A stretch of DNA of 64,000 nt from Candidatus Hydrogenedentota bacterium (GTDB lineage: Bacteria; Hydrogenedentota; Hydrogenedentia; Hydrogenedentales; SLHB01), in NCBI GenBank assembly GCA_029974275.1, contig JARKSN010000288.1:14231-78230 (forward strand), read 5' to 3'. The position numbers and the translations under genes are program-made. Of the stretch, positions 9,983 to 19,993 are shown piece by piece. Each line of letters opens with the position of its first letter. Position 1 is the stretch's first letter. A model generated the notes under the pieces. That model searched no databases, had not been told where the DNA came from, and saw only the letters and a program-made list of their open reading frames with translations.

Positions 9983-10561
9983 CTACCGCAGGTTGAAAAA
10001 CTGCTTGAACGAGGTGATGTACATGTCCCTGAAGAAATACGCGAGGCCGCCCAAAATGACCAGCGCCAGGATCACGACGATCAGATTGTTTTTGGACGTG
10101 GGCGACATGCCGCCCCCGCCCCCGCCGCCGCCCGGACGCATCAGCGCGCCCACGAAGATTTTTTCGCCGGCTTCCGCCCGCGCTTTTTTGTCTTCCAATC
10201 CGCCTAACGTTTCGTTGATCGAAATGAATGCGCGATGCCATTCGTTCTGCAGCTTTTTGACGGACACTTCCGACTGGGCATAAATGCTTTCGAGGTTGGT
10301 GGCGCCGGAAACGATGTTCATCGCGTTGTTGTCGATGGCGTAATCGGCGCCCAACGCGTCCTTGAGCACCTTGTGTTCCCGGGCGATCTTGCTTTTGATC
10401 TTGAGAAACTGGTTCTCCAACTGCGCCTTGTTCACCCCGGGACTGGGGTAGGCGCTCATGATCTGATTGAAAAGCAACCAATCGTTCATGAACTCCCGGC
10501 ACATTTGGACGTTCCGGTCCAAGAAGTCCACCACTTGCTGCTGTTTTTTGCTCAGCGCCAT
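9983..10561 (-). CDS. Hypothetical tail-anchored protein (helical N-domain, Gly8 linker, C-terminal TM)
   Basis: ORF 9983..10600(-). Probable start MALSKKQQQ preceded by AGAGG. Lower GC (~55%) than the flanks. GGGGGGGG tract then LIVVILALVILGGLAYFF TM helix. No recognisable family. Confidence 0.5.
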   Translation of the reverse strand: MALSKKQQQVVDFLDRNVQMCREFMNDWLLFNQIMSAYPSPGVNKAQLENQFLKIKSKIAREHKVLKDALGADYAIDNNAMNIVSGATNLESIYAQSEVSVKKLQNEWHRAFISINETLGGLEDKKARAEAGEKIFVGALMRPGGGGGGGGMSPTSKNNLIVVILALVILGGLAYFFRDMYITSFKQFFNLR

Positions 10562-10731
10562 CGGAAGATTACCTCTTTTGTACGTGCTTAGACTCCCCAC
10601 TTCGAAACCACTCTACCATCCGGCAGGCGCATTGTCAACCTAAGTCAAGCCGTGTTAGCGTGTTAGCTAGCATCTTTTCCAAACGCGCCGCGCGGAGGTC
10701 TCTTTTCTCGCCAATGGGGCGCGACGCTTCC

Positions 10732-11291
<560 letters not shown>

Positions 11292-11295
<4 letters not shown>

Positions 11296-12773
11296 GACTC
11301 AAGCCCTCGCTCGGCGAACTCCACGGCGCGAAACAGGGCCTTGGCCTTGTTCACGGTTTCCTCGAATTCGCGTTCCGGATCGCTGTCGTACACAATGCCC
11401 GCGCCGGCCTGGACATACACCACGCCGTCCTTGATGATCATCGTGCGGATCACGATGCACGTGTCCATGTCCCCGTCAAAACTGATGTAGCCGCAACCGC
11501 CGGCGTACGGTCCGCGCCGCGCCGGTTCGAGTTCATCAATGATCTCCATCGCGCGAATCTTGGGCGCGCCGCTGACCGTCCCCATCGGAAACGTCGAGCG
11601 CAACGCCGCATACGCATCGGCGCCCGGAAGAATCTCTCCTTCCACTTCGCTGACGATATGCATCACGTGCGAATACCGCTCGATCGTCTTCAGCCGCGAC
11701 GGGCGCACGGCGCCGGCTTTGCTGATCCGCCCGATGTCGTTGCGCCCCAAATCGACCAGCATGATGTGCTCGGCAAGCTCCTTCTCGTCCGCGAGCAACT
11801 CTTGCTCCAGCGCCGCGTCCTCCTCTTTCGTGGCGCCGCGCGGCCGCGTGCCCGCGATCGGGCGCACCATGACCCGGCCCTTGCTGAGTTGGGTCATGAC
11901 CTCCGGACTCGATCCGACCAGCGTCACGTCGGGATATTGGATCAGCGTCATGTACGGCGACGGATTGATGCACCGCAACGCGCGGTACAGGTTCACGGGG
12001 CTGGCGTTCAAATCGCGTTCGAAGCGCTGCGAGAGCACCACCTGAAAAATATCGCCCGCGCGGATATATTCCTTCGCCTTTTCCACCGCTTGGCAAAAGC
12101 CTTCGCGCGTGAAATTCGAACGCGCCTCCCCCTCCGTCGCGCCCGAATGCACGCGTTCGGTGGCGACCACCAGCGGACGGCGCAACGCTTCTTCGATGCC
12201 GCCGATTTTGCGGACCGCCTCGTGGTACGCCTCGTCCACGCTGCCCTGCACATGGGCGTTCGAAACGATCTTCATCGTGTTCGCCACGTGATCGAACACG
12301 ATGATTGTGTCCGTGATCATGAAATACAAATCCGGCAAGCCCAGGGCGTCCGGATTCTTGTCCGGAAGTTTTTCGAAAAACCGGACCTGATCGTAGCTCA
12401 TATACCCCACGGCCCCGCCGTGAAACATCGGAACGCCCTCGACGGGCACGGGCTCGTAGGCCGCCATCAGCTTGCGCAATTCGCCGAGCGGATCGTCCGA
12501 TTCGTAATGACCGTCGCGTCCGTTCCGCGTAATCGTGACGGCGCGCCCTTTCGATCGGAACACCGTGGACGGGTTCGCCCCCAAAAACGAATAGCGCCCC
12601 ACCGTATCGGCGCGTTCCACGCTTTCCAGCAAAAACGAATGCGCCGCGCCGCGGGAAAGCTTTATGTACGCCGTCACCGGCGTCTCGAGATCGGCCATGA
12701 CCTCTCGGTATACAGGAACCAATGCCCCCTGCCGCGCGACGGCGCGAAATTGATCGATTGTCGGATGAACCAT
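11292..12773 (-). CDS. trpE: Anthranilate synthase component I
   Basis: Start MVHPTIDQFRAV (ATG ~12773) within ORF 11292..13460. Contains the LLESx10S Trp-feedback motif (LLESVERADTVGRYS) and the chorismate-binding C-domain (GTVSGAPKIRAMEII). Confidence 0.9.
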
Positions 12774-12787
12774 AGCGCCCCGCCTTT

Positions 12788-13183
12788 CTATTTGTCCGCA
12801 ACGCCGTCGCCATCGAGGCGGAGCGAACCGTCCGCATCGACCGCGCGGTAAAAGCAGCTGGTTTCGTTGGTGTGACAGGTCGGCCCGACCGGGTCGCAGC
12901 GCAGCAGCAAGGCGTCCCCGTCGCAGTCGACGCGCATTTCCATCACCCGAAGGACATTGCCGGACGTCTCGCCCTTCAACCAAAGCTTCTGGCGCGATCG
13001 CGACCAAAAACACGCCTTGCGCTCGCGCAGCGTGATCGCGAGGGATTCGTCGTTCATGTAGCCCAGCATCAACACCTGACCGGTCTGATGGTGCTGAACG
13101 ATGGCGGCGATAAGCCCGTCCCTGTCGCGCTTCAACATTCCGCCCAACTGTCCCAACGACTCGATGGTTGCATCTGTAGCCAT
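12788..13183 (-). CDS. hisI: Phosphoribosyl-AMP cyclohydrolase
   Basis: 131 aa. ...YMNDESL...[25 protein letters not shown]...CDGDALLL matches the HisI signature. Confidence 0.9.
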   Translation of the reverse strand: MATDATIESLGQLGGMLKRDRDGLIAAIVQHHQTGQVLMLGYMNDESLAITLRERKACFWSRSRQKLWLKGETSGNVLRVMEMRVDCDGDALLLRCDPVGPTCHTNETSCFYRAVDADGSLRLDGDGVADK

Positions 13184-13792
13184 GACGATCGGCTCTCCTG
13201 GGGTTGTTCCACCAACACGCCGCGCGCTGTGCGCAGAAAACGAACGGAAAAATGAGAAAAGACCGGGGGATCAGGAATGGACATGGCGACGCCATCGCCA
13301 AGCCTGCCGCAGCGCGATGGTCATCGCCGAATCTCCCTGGAACGGCGGATGCGCCCCCTACGGACGCCGCCGATGGAGAAAGTATGCCATAGCCCACGCG
13401 CCGGTTGCAACCGCCAAATCTCAAGGACATGCAAAAGCCGGGCGCATGGTCATCGGCCATTTTCTGCAGACAGCGCCGGTCTCTGTGCCGGGCGGTTTCA
13501 TGCGCAGGGCAAATCGCGTTCCACCGCGAAACCGCGCGAATGCCACGAAAGGGGACCGCGTTGGCGGGCCTTATTTTCGCGGGGATCGCCCCTGTCGTGG
13601 TTGAAGGCTCTTACGACGCCCGGCGCGAAAAAGGGTCAGGGACGCTCGAACGAATCGAAAAGGCGATGCAATAACCCTTGCCGCGATCTCGTTTTTTGGA
13701 AAGCGGCTCTGTAAGATAAGACCATTGCCGCCGGGAATGTCCATGGGTTGGGGCGTCCTCCGGAGCCAAAACGAATACAGGAGGAAGATGTC

Positions 13793-15148
13793 GTGGCAAA
13801 AAGCATGGGAAGACGCGCTTTTCTCAAGAGCAGCGCAGGATGTGCGGCAGGCATCGGGTGGATTGCGACGGCGTCCGAGGCCAAGTGCCCGCCGGCGCCG
13901 CGCGTCGCGCGAGACATGAACGACTACCACGTCAAGTACTATCCTTTTGTCGATTATCCCGAGAGCGACACCTGCTGGTCACTGTCGGTCGGACCTGACG
14001 GGCGCATTTATGCGGCGGCTTGCGGCGAAGGCATACCCGGCGGGGTCGTCAAAGTATTCCGATACAACGAGACGACGGACAAACTCGATTTTATCCTCGA
14101 CGCCGCGAGCGCCGCGAACGACCCTGGCGATTCGGGCCGCGCGACGCAGTGCAAGATCCACTATTCATTTGCGCCGTCGATGCATGACGGCGTGCTGTAC
14201 ATGGCCACGCACCTTTCGGGACCGCCCATCGATTTGCCGGCGTATTCGCCGTGGTATTTTTGGCATGACCCGGAACGTTGCTTCAAAGGCAGTGCGTTGA
14301 TTGCGTACGACACAAAGGCCGACAAGGTCTTGTGGTCGGACACGCTGATCCCGAAAGAGGGCTGCCGGTGCTTGTTGCACGATGAAGAACGCGGCTTGCT
14401 CTATGCCATCAGCTATCCGCGCGACCACTTCATTATCTACAACTTGAAAACGCGCGAGCGCCGCGACATGGGCCGCATCGGTTCGGTCAATTCGCAGGCC
14501 CTCTTCCTCGATAAGAAGCATCGCGTGTGGACGACCAGCGACTACGGCAAGCTCGTGCGCTACGACCCGGAACGGGGACGGCTCGAGCATTCGTCGGTTT
14601 CGTTGCCGCACAATCCCGCGTTTCAAAACGGCTGGCACAGCGTTTTTTATGATGTCGTGGCGCAGCCCGACGGCGAGTGCGTGTATGCGACAACGTGGTC
14701 CCCGCAACCTCAACTCGTCCGCATTTGGCCCAACGAGGGCGATTGGCCCGTGGTGGAGGCCCTCGGGCCAATGACGCAGCCCCGCGACGAGACCATTCCC
14801 ATGGATATGTTCCTGGATCACGCGGGCGGGCTGGTGTTTGGCGGCGACAGCATGTTGTACGTCGTGGCCTCGCGTTGGCGCGACGCGGCGTACAACCCGA
14901 TGCCGCCCGAGCGCAAGGGGCGCGAGGGGGTTATCTGGCGCATCCATCCCAAGACGTTGCAGCGCGAAGAAGTCGCCGTGCTTTCCGAGCCGGACCCCGC
15001 GCAGTACGTATCGCGCGGCGCCATCGACCACAACGGCGACTTGTATTTCGCGCATATCGGCGCAAAACCGCAGGGTATTTACAAAGTCACTGTTCCCAAG
15101 AACCGCAAAAAGAAGAACGCGCACCTGCCGATCCGGATGTGGGGGTAA
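13793..15148 (+). CDS. Hypothetical exported protein with twin-arginine (Tat) signal peptide; beta-propeller-like repeats
   Basis: ORF 13748..15148. GTG start 7 nt after AGGAGG gives MAKSMGRRAFLKSSAGCAAGIGWIATASEA, i.e. RRxFLK plus hydrophobic h-region plus AxA. Repeated GxxYxA / DGxLYF blade-like motifs. No family recognised by eye. Confidence 0.6.
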   Translation: MAKSMGRRAFLKSSAGCAAGIGWIATASEAKCPPAPRVARDMNDYHVKYYPFVDYPESDTCWSLSVGPDGRIYAAACGEGIPGGVVKVFRYNETTDKLDFILDAASAANDPGDSGRATQCKIHYSFAPSMHDGVLYMATHLSGPPIDLPAYSPWYFWHDPERCFKGSALIAYDTKADKVLWSDTLIPKEGCRCLLHDEERGLLYAISYPRDHFIIYNLKTRERRDMGRIGSVNSQALFLDKKHRVWTTSDYGKLVRYDPERGRLEHSSVSLPHNPAFQNGWHSVFYDVVAQPDGECVYATTWSPQPQLVRIWPNEGDWPVVEALGPMTQPRDETIPMDMFLDHAGGLVFGGDSMLYVVASRWRDAAYNPMPPERKGREGVIWRIHPKTLQREEVAVLSEPDPAQYVSRGAIDHNGDLYFAHIGAKPQGIYKVTVPKNRKKKNAHLPIRMWG

Positions 15149-15151
15149 TCG

Positions 15152-16246
15152 ATGATGAGCACACAACGCAAGAAATACGACATGAATTCGCCCGAACGCG
15201 GGCCGTTGTCGCACGAAATCATGCACGGGGCCTTCATGAAAGAAGGCACGATGGTGGCGTTTCCCACCTGCTTCCCGGGTGCGACGGTACCCATCGTCGC
15301 GGATGAGAGCCTTATTACGGCGCTTGATGTCACCCCGGAAGGCATTGTCCACGGAGGGACCAGCGGCAAGAAAGTGCACTTGTTTGCGGCGGCCTTTCAT
15401 GGCGTAAAAGGGGCGGTCTTTGATATCGGCACCGTTGACGGCGCGGAGCAATGCGTCGCGGTATGCAGCGGCTCCACCCATCTCATCGCGGCGGTGAACG
15501 GCCCCCAAGGCGGTCGGCTTGTGCGCACGGCGCCCGAGTCGATGGGCTCTGACATGATTCAGGAGTGGGGGTTTTCCCGAAAACCCATCGAAGACCTCGG
15601 CGAAGTCGCGGCGGGCGAACCGATGGTCCACGCGGTCGCCATCAAGGACACCGTGATCGGCGCTACCTCGCGCCACCTGTTCACGGTCAACACCGAATCC
15701 GGCAAGCCGCAGATCGTCGGCGAAGTCACCGGCGCGGGACGGCTCGGCGTGAGTGGAGGCGGCGTATACGGGCTCGACGGCGCGACGCATCTCTGGCGCT
15801 ATGACATCGCGAGCGGCCAGATACAACGCCACGCCGTCGCCTTGCCGGCTGGGAAATGGGGCGCGCCGTTGATGTGGTCGCGCGGCAGCCGCGAGGGCGT
15901 TCTCTACACCGCCGACAACGACGGTGTGTTGTTCCGCTTCAGCGAGAAAAATGGCTTCAGCGAACCACTCGGCAAGGCCCCGTTGACGCCGGTCGGCCCG
16001 ATGGCCGTTACCTTTGACGGTCGCATGTTTGGGTTCTGCGGAACGGAAATGGCTCGGATGTTCGGCTACGACCCGGTGAAAAAGGAAGTGACCGAGATCG
16101 GCGTGGCGCTGTCCGTCATCGAACGCCGTCGCTACGGCTATACCTTCGCCGACGCCATCACCGGACGCGACGGCCAGATATATTTCGGCGAAGACGACAA
16201 CCTCGGCCACTTGTGGCTCTATTTCCCGAAAATTCGGGAAATCTGA
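15152..16246 (+). CDS. Hypothetical protein, paralog of preceding gene (beta-propeller-like), no signal peptide
   Basis: Starts 4 nt after the upstream stop (operonic). Shares blade-like motifs (LYTADNDGVLFRF, IYFGEDDNLGHLWLY) and C-terminal similarity with the 13793 gene. Confidence 0.6.
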   Translation: MMSTQRKKYDMNSPERGPLSHEIMHGAFMKEGTMVAFPTCFPGATVPIVADESLITALDVTPEGIVHGGTSGKKVHLFAAAFHGVKGAVFDIGTVDGAEQCVAVCSGSTHLIAAVNGPQGGRLVRTAPESMGSDMIQEWGFSRKPIEDLGEVAAGEPMVHAVAIKDTVIGATSRHLFTVNTESGKPQIVGEVTGAGRLGVSGGGVYGLDGATHLWRYDIASGQIQRHAVALPAGKWGAPLMWSRGSREGVLYTADNDGVLFRFSEKNGFSEPLGKAPLTPVGPMAVTFDGRMFGFCGTEMARMFGYDPVKKEVTEIGVALSVIERRRYGYTFADAITGRDGQIYFGEDDNLGHLWLYFPKIREI

Positions 16247-16344
16247 CACGCAGGCGGGATGTTCCTGGGCAGGGAGTCGTGAGCGTCGATCTCGCCGGGC
16301 TGGTTTTCGGTTTGTTGGAGCGGCCACATCGGCGCGGGCGCAGC

Positions 16345-17256
16345 ATGGATTATCGGACGAACAACCCAAAGCGCGTTTCCCGGGCCATCGCCGGTTCGGC
16401 AGGGCTCCATGTCGCGCTGCTGTTGGCGCTGGCATGGCACATGGCCACGGCGCCCGTGCCGTCGTTGGCGTACAAGCCTCCCTTCATCGTGCTGCTCAAC
16501 CCGCAACCGCAGCCCCAACAAAAAAGTTTCGTAGAGGCGTCCGCGCCCGCCGAACGACCCGTCGAAAAAACCGACCGGATCGCCGAGCGCGACTCAAACG
16601 CAGCGAATCCCGTCCCGGGCGAAGATACGCAGCCAGGACTGGACACATCCCAGCCTTCGCGCTTCGATCAGCCGGGCAATGCCCCCACGCAAGCGCCCGC
16701 GCCGAAGCCGGAACCCGCGCCACAGTCCGCTTCGCTGCGGGCCTCCCTCCTCCGGCAAGCCGAGGAAAAGCCCCCGGAAACAGAGCCCTCGCCCGCCGTC
16801 ACGCCCGAACCGCCGCAAGAAGACCGCGCCGATTCTTCTCCGGTCGCTCCGGTCGCTCCCCTCTCTCCCGCACAGGAACCGCCCCCAACGCCCGCGCAGT
16901 CCCGCGGAAAAAGCGGCGTTGCCACCGTGGGTTTTCTCGGGTTCGAGGCAATGCGCGACCAACTAGCGCCGTATCTTCGGGAAGTGCGCCGCCACGTCGA
17001 GCGGGAGTGGCGCTTGCTGCTGCAAACGCGCTACCTGGGCGCCGGAAAAACGGAGGCCGTCCTGGACTGCGTCATCGCGCCCAACGGGCAAATCCTGCGC
17101 ATCGAGATCATCGAGCCCGGCGGATCGGTATCGTTTGCCCCCTTGTGCAAGCAGGCCATTCAGCAAGCCGGGCCCTTTTCGGCGTTTCCCTTCGCGACGC
17201 CCGACATGTATCGCGACAAAAACCTCCAAATCCGCTGGACCTTCACGTTCGAGTGA
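16345..17256 (+). CDS. TonB family protein (N-terminal TM anchor, Pro/Glu-rich spacer, TonB C-terminal domain)
   Basis: Within ORF 16213..17256. Start MDYRTNNPKRVSRAIAGSAGLHVALLLALAW is a TM anchor. Long PxP-rich linker, then C-terminal ...GKTEAVLDCVIAPNGQILRIEIIEPGGSVSFAPLCKQAIQQAGPFSAFP resembling TonB_C. Confidence 0.65.
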   Translation: MDYRTNNPKRVSRAIAGSAGLHVALLLALAWHMATAPVPSLAYKPPFIVLLNPQPQPQQKSFVEASAPAERPVEKTDRIAERDSNAANPVPGEDTQPGLDTSQPSRFDQPGNAPTQAPAPKPEPAPQSASLRASLLRQAEEKPPETEPSPAVTPEPPQEDRADSSPVAPVAPLSPAQEPPPTPAQSRGKSGVATVGFLGFEAMRDQLAPYLREVRRHVEREWRLLLQTRYLGAGKTEAVLDCVIAPNGQILRIEIIEPGGSVSFAPLCKQAIQQAGPFSAFPFATPDMYRDKNLQIRWTFTFE

Positions 17257-17302
17257 CGCATGCCGGTCTCTTGCCCAGGCGATTGCGGCGCGCGTTGGAC
17301 GG

Positions 17303-17332
17303 TTGCACCCGGCAACGCGCGTGTGCTAAGAT
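17303..17332 (+). promoter_or_regulatory. Candidate sigma70 promoter for ffh (TTGCAC-18-TAAGAT with TGn)
   Basis: TTGCAC at 17303, 18-bp spacer, gTGcTAAGAT at ~17324-17332, about 110 nt upstream of the ffh ATG. Confidence 0.3.
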
Positions 17333-17441
17333 GCCGGACGCTTTTTTCGGCGGAATAGGTGAATTGTGCCCAGAAGAGGGCGAGGAATGTCCGTGTGCAG
17401 GGCGCATCCGGATGGATGGAGCGCCTTGTAAACGGTGAGTT

Positions 17442-18788
17442 ATGTTCGAATCTCTTAGCAAAAAGCTGGACCGCGTCTTCAAGAATATTCGGGGTCAGGG
17501 CGTCCTGACCGAAAAGAATATGAAGGAGAGCCTCCAGGAAATCCGGGTGGCGCTGCTCGAAGCCGACGTCAACTACAAGGTCGTCAAGCAGTTCGTCCAG
17601 GATGTCCAGGAAGCCGCCGTCGGGCAACACGTCATCGATAGCGTGTCGCCGGGCCAGTTGATCGTCAAGATCGTTTACGACGAATTGGTCAAGCTGATGG
17701 GGCAAGAGAACGCCCCCTTGGTCATGGCCAAGACGCCCCCGACGATCATCATGATGGTCGGATTGCAGGGCCAAGGCAAAACGACTTCCGCCGGCAAACT
17801 GGCGGCACATTTGAAGAAAAAGGGGCATCGTCCCTTGCTGGTTGGCGCAGATGTCTACCGCCCGGCAGCCATCAAGCAGCTGGAAGTGGTGGCGCAGCAG
17901 GCGGGCGTCGAGATGTTCAGCCTGGGCGAAAAGGCCGACCCGGTGGACACGTGCGTGATGGCGCGCGGCGAGGCGCAGATGCGCAATTGCGACGTCATCC
18001 TCCTGGACACGGCGGGCCGGTTGCACGTCGACGAACAGATGATGGGCGAAGTCCGGCGCATCCACGCGACGGTGTCGCCGCATGAAATCCTGTTCGTGGC
18101 GAACGCGATGACCGGTCAGGACGCGGTGAACTCGGCCAAGCAGTTCCATGCCGCCTTGCCGTTGTCGGGCGTGATTTTGACGCAGATGGACGGCGATGCG
18201 CGCGGCGGCGCGGCGATTAGTCTAATCTCCGTGACGGGCTGCCCGATCAAGTTTGTCGGCACGGGCGAGAAACTGGACGCGCTCGACGCGTTCCACCCGC
18301 GCCGGATGGCCGACCAGATTCTCGGCATGGGCGACATCGTGTCGTTGGTCGAGAAGGCCCAGGAAGTCGTCGACAAGGAAAAGGCCATCAAGTTCCAGGA
18401 AAAGGCCCGCAAGGCCTCGTGGGACTTGGAGGACTTCCTCGATCAGATGCAACAGGTTCGCAAGATGGGGTCGTTTGGCGACCTGATGAAGAAAATACCG
18501 GGCATGAACAAATTGATGGGCCCGGACATGGATTTTGACGAAGACGAATTGAAATACACCGAGGCGATCATTCGCTCGATGACGATCAAGGAGCGCCGAA
18601 ATCCGAACATTCTGAACGGAAGCCGCCGACGCCGCATCGCCGAAGGCAGCGGCACGGACGTGCCGAGCGTGAATCGCCTGCTCAAGGATTTCGAGCAGAG
18701 CAAAAAGATGATTCAGCAAATGATGAAGGGTTCCAAAGGAAAAGGCATGAAAATGCGCGGCCCGATGCCGCCGTTCATGGGAAGATAG
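17442..18788 (+). CDS. ffh: Signal recognition particle protein Ffh
   Basis: 448 aa. N-domain, GTPase (GLQGQGKTT, DTAGR) and Met-rich M-domain. Confidence 0.95.
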   Translation: MFESLSKKLDRVFKNIRGQGVLTEKNMKESLQEIRVALLEADVNYKVVKQFVQDVQEAAVGQHVIDSVSPGQLIVKIVYDELVKLMGQENAPLVMAKTPPTIIMMVGLQGQGKTTSAGKLAAHLKKKGHRPLLVGADVYRPAAIKQLEVVAQQAGVEMFSLGEKADPVDTCVMARGEAQMRNCDVILLDTAGRLHVDEQMMGEVRRIHATVSPHEILFVANAMTGQDAVNSAKQFHAALPLSGVILTQMDGDARGGAAISLISVTGCPIKFVGTGEKLDALDAFHPRRMADQILGMGDIVSLVEKAQEVVDKEKAIKFQEKARKASWDLEDFLDQMQQVRKMGSFGDLMKKIPGMNKLMGPDMDFDEDELKYTEAIIRSMTIKERRNPNILNGSRRRRIAEGSGTDVPSVNRLLKDFEQSKKMIQQMMKGSKGKGMKMRGPMPPFMGR

Positions 18789-18802
18789 GCATTGAAGGTT
18801 TT

Positions 18803-18874
18803 GTAGCGCCCGGTCACTGCGCCGGGCGGCATGTGCGAAAGCGTGAAGACGCCCGGGCAGAGACCGGGCGCTAC
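18803..18874. other. Long imperfect hairpin in ffh-rpsP intergenic region
   Basis: GTAGCGCCCGGTC (18803-18815) pairs with GACCGGGCGCTAC (18862-18874). The inner GCGCCGGGCG / CGCCCGGGC also pair. There is a 13-nt direct repeat CATGTGCGAA(A/T)G. Confidence 0.4.
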
Positions 18875-18915
18875 ATGTGCGAATGAGTGAGACGTTTCGC
18901 GAAGAGAGGAGACCC

Positions 18916-19206
18916 ATGGCAACAGTAATTCGTCTGAAGCGGGGCGGTCGGTCGCATGCGCCCTACTACCGCGTAGTCGTAATGGACTCGCGCAACCGCA
19001 CGCGGGGCCGCGTCATCGACGAGATCGGCGTGTACCAACCCTGCGCCGCCCCAGAGCCCCTGGTCGAAATCGACTCGGACAAGGCCCTGGGCTGGTTGTC
19101 GAAAGGCGCGCGCCTGTCGGACACGGTCCGCAGCGTGTTGTCGCAAAAAGGCATTCTGGCGCAGCATGCACAGCGCGCCGTGAGCGCCGCGACGCCGGAA
19201 GCGTAA
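18916..19206 (+). CDS. rpsP: 30S ribosomal protein S16
   Basis: MATVIRLKRGGRSHAPYYRVVVMDSRNRTRGRVIDEIGVYQP. GAGGAG RBS 6 nt upstream. Confidence 0.9.
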   Translation: MATVIRLKRGGRSHAPYYRVVVMDSRNRTRGRVIDEIGVYQPCAAPEPLVEIDSDKALGWLSKGARLSDTVRSVLSQKGILAQHAQRAVSAATPEA

Positions 19207-19207
19207 C

Positions 19208-19438
19208 GTGAAAGACCTGGTGGAATTGATCGCGAAGAAGCTGGTGGAGCATCCCGAGGACGTGCAGATCCGCATCATCGACGGCGAAGAAGGTCAATGC
19301 CTCGAACTGCGCGTGAACCCCGAGGACATGGGCCGGGTGATTGGCCGGAATGGCCGCACCGCGAAGGCCCTGCGGACCGTGGTGGGATCGGCGGCCATCA
19401 AGACGGACGCCCGGGTATCCCTCCAGATCGTCGAATAA
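19208..19438 (+). CDS. KH-domain RNA-binding protein (UPF0109/YlqC-like)
   Basis: 76 aa with GTG start. KH fold signature VIGRNGRTAKALRTV. Conserved position between rpsP and rimM. Confidence 0.8.
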   Translation: MKDLVELIAKKLVEHPEDVQIRIIDGEEGQCLELRVNPEDMGRVIGRNGRTAKALRTVVGSAAIKTDARVSLQIVE

Positions 19439-19450
19439 CGGCTGCGGCGC

Positions 19451-19972
19451 ATGTCCGGTGCATGGGTGGCTATCGGGCGCGTGCGCACGGTGCGTCCCGG
19501 CCATCGGCAATTGCGGATCGAACCGTTGCCGGGGCTTGAGACCCAGTTCGCGGCGATCAGGCAGATCGGGTTTCGGCGAGGCGGCCAGGAGCCGGCGCTC
19601 CACGGCGTAGTCACAGTTGAAGTGCAAACGAGGTACGCGGTGGTCACGCTCGGATCGGGCGTGTCGGCGGACGCCGTGGCGGCGTTGCGCGGCGCGGACG
19701 TTGTCATCGCGCAGGCCGATATGAAGGCGCCCGAGGCTGCACTGCCGCCGGCGCCCGCGATGCAGGATTTCGACGTGATGGATGTCTCGGGAAAACGGCT
19801 GGGCCGCGTGACGGCCACGTATTTTTCCCGAGGCAACAGCGTGATCGAGATAGAAGAAGACGGCGGCGGCACGGCGCTGCTGCCGGTGTCGAGGACGACG
19901 ATCGAGAGGGTCGATATGGAACGCGGCGCGGTGATCGTGTTCGACATGGACCCTTTCCGTCAGGAGGCGTGA
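19451..19972 (+). CDS. rimM: 16S rRNA processing protein RimM
   Basis: 173 aa with RimM N-terminal and PRC barrel domains. Conserved synteny rpsP-rimM-trmD-rplS. Confidence 0.85.
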   Translation: MSGAWVAIGRVRTVRPGHRQLRIEPLPGLETQFAAIRQIGFRRGGQEPALHGVVTVEVQTRYAVVTLGSGVSADAVAALRGADVVIAQADMKAPEAALPPAPAMQDFDVMDVSGKRLGRVTATYFSRGNSVIEIEEDGGGTALLPVSRTTIERVDMERGAVIVFDMDPFRQEA

Positions 19973-19993
19973 CAGCCCCGAGGGCGGACGGAT

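Noticed and set aside
14165-16435. 756-aa ORF on minus strand antisense to the two hypothetical propeller genes
   Set aside because: Arg/Ala/Gly-rich low-complexity translation typical of antisense frames in 65% GC DNA. No RBS. Fully overlapped by better sense-strand genes.
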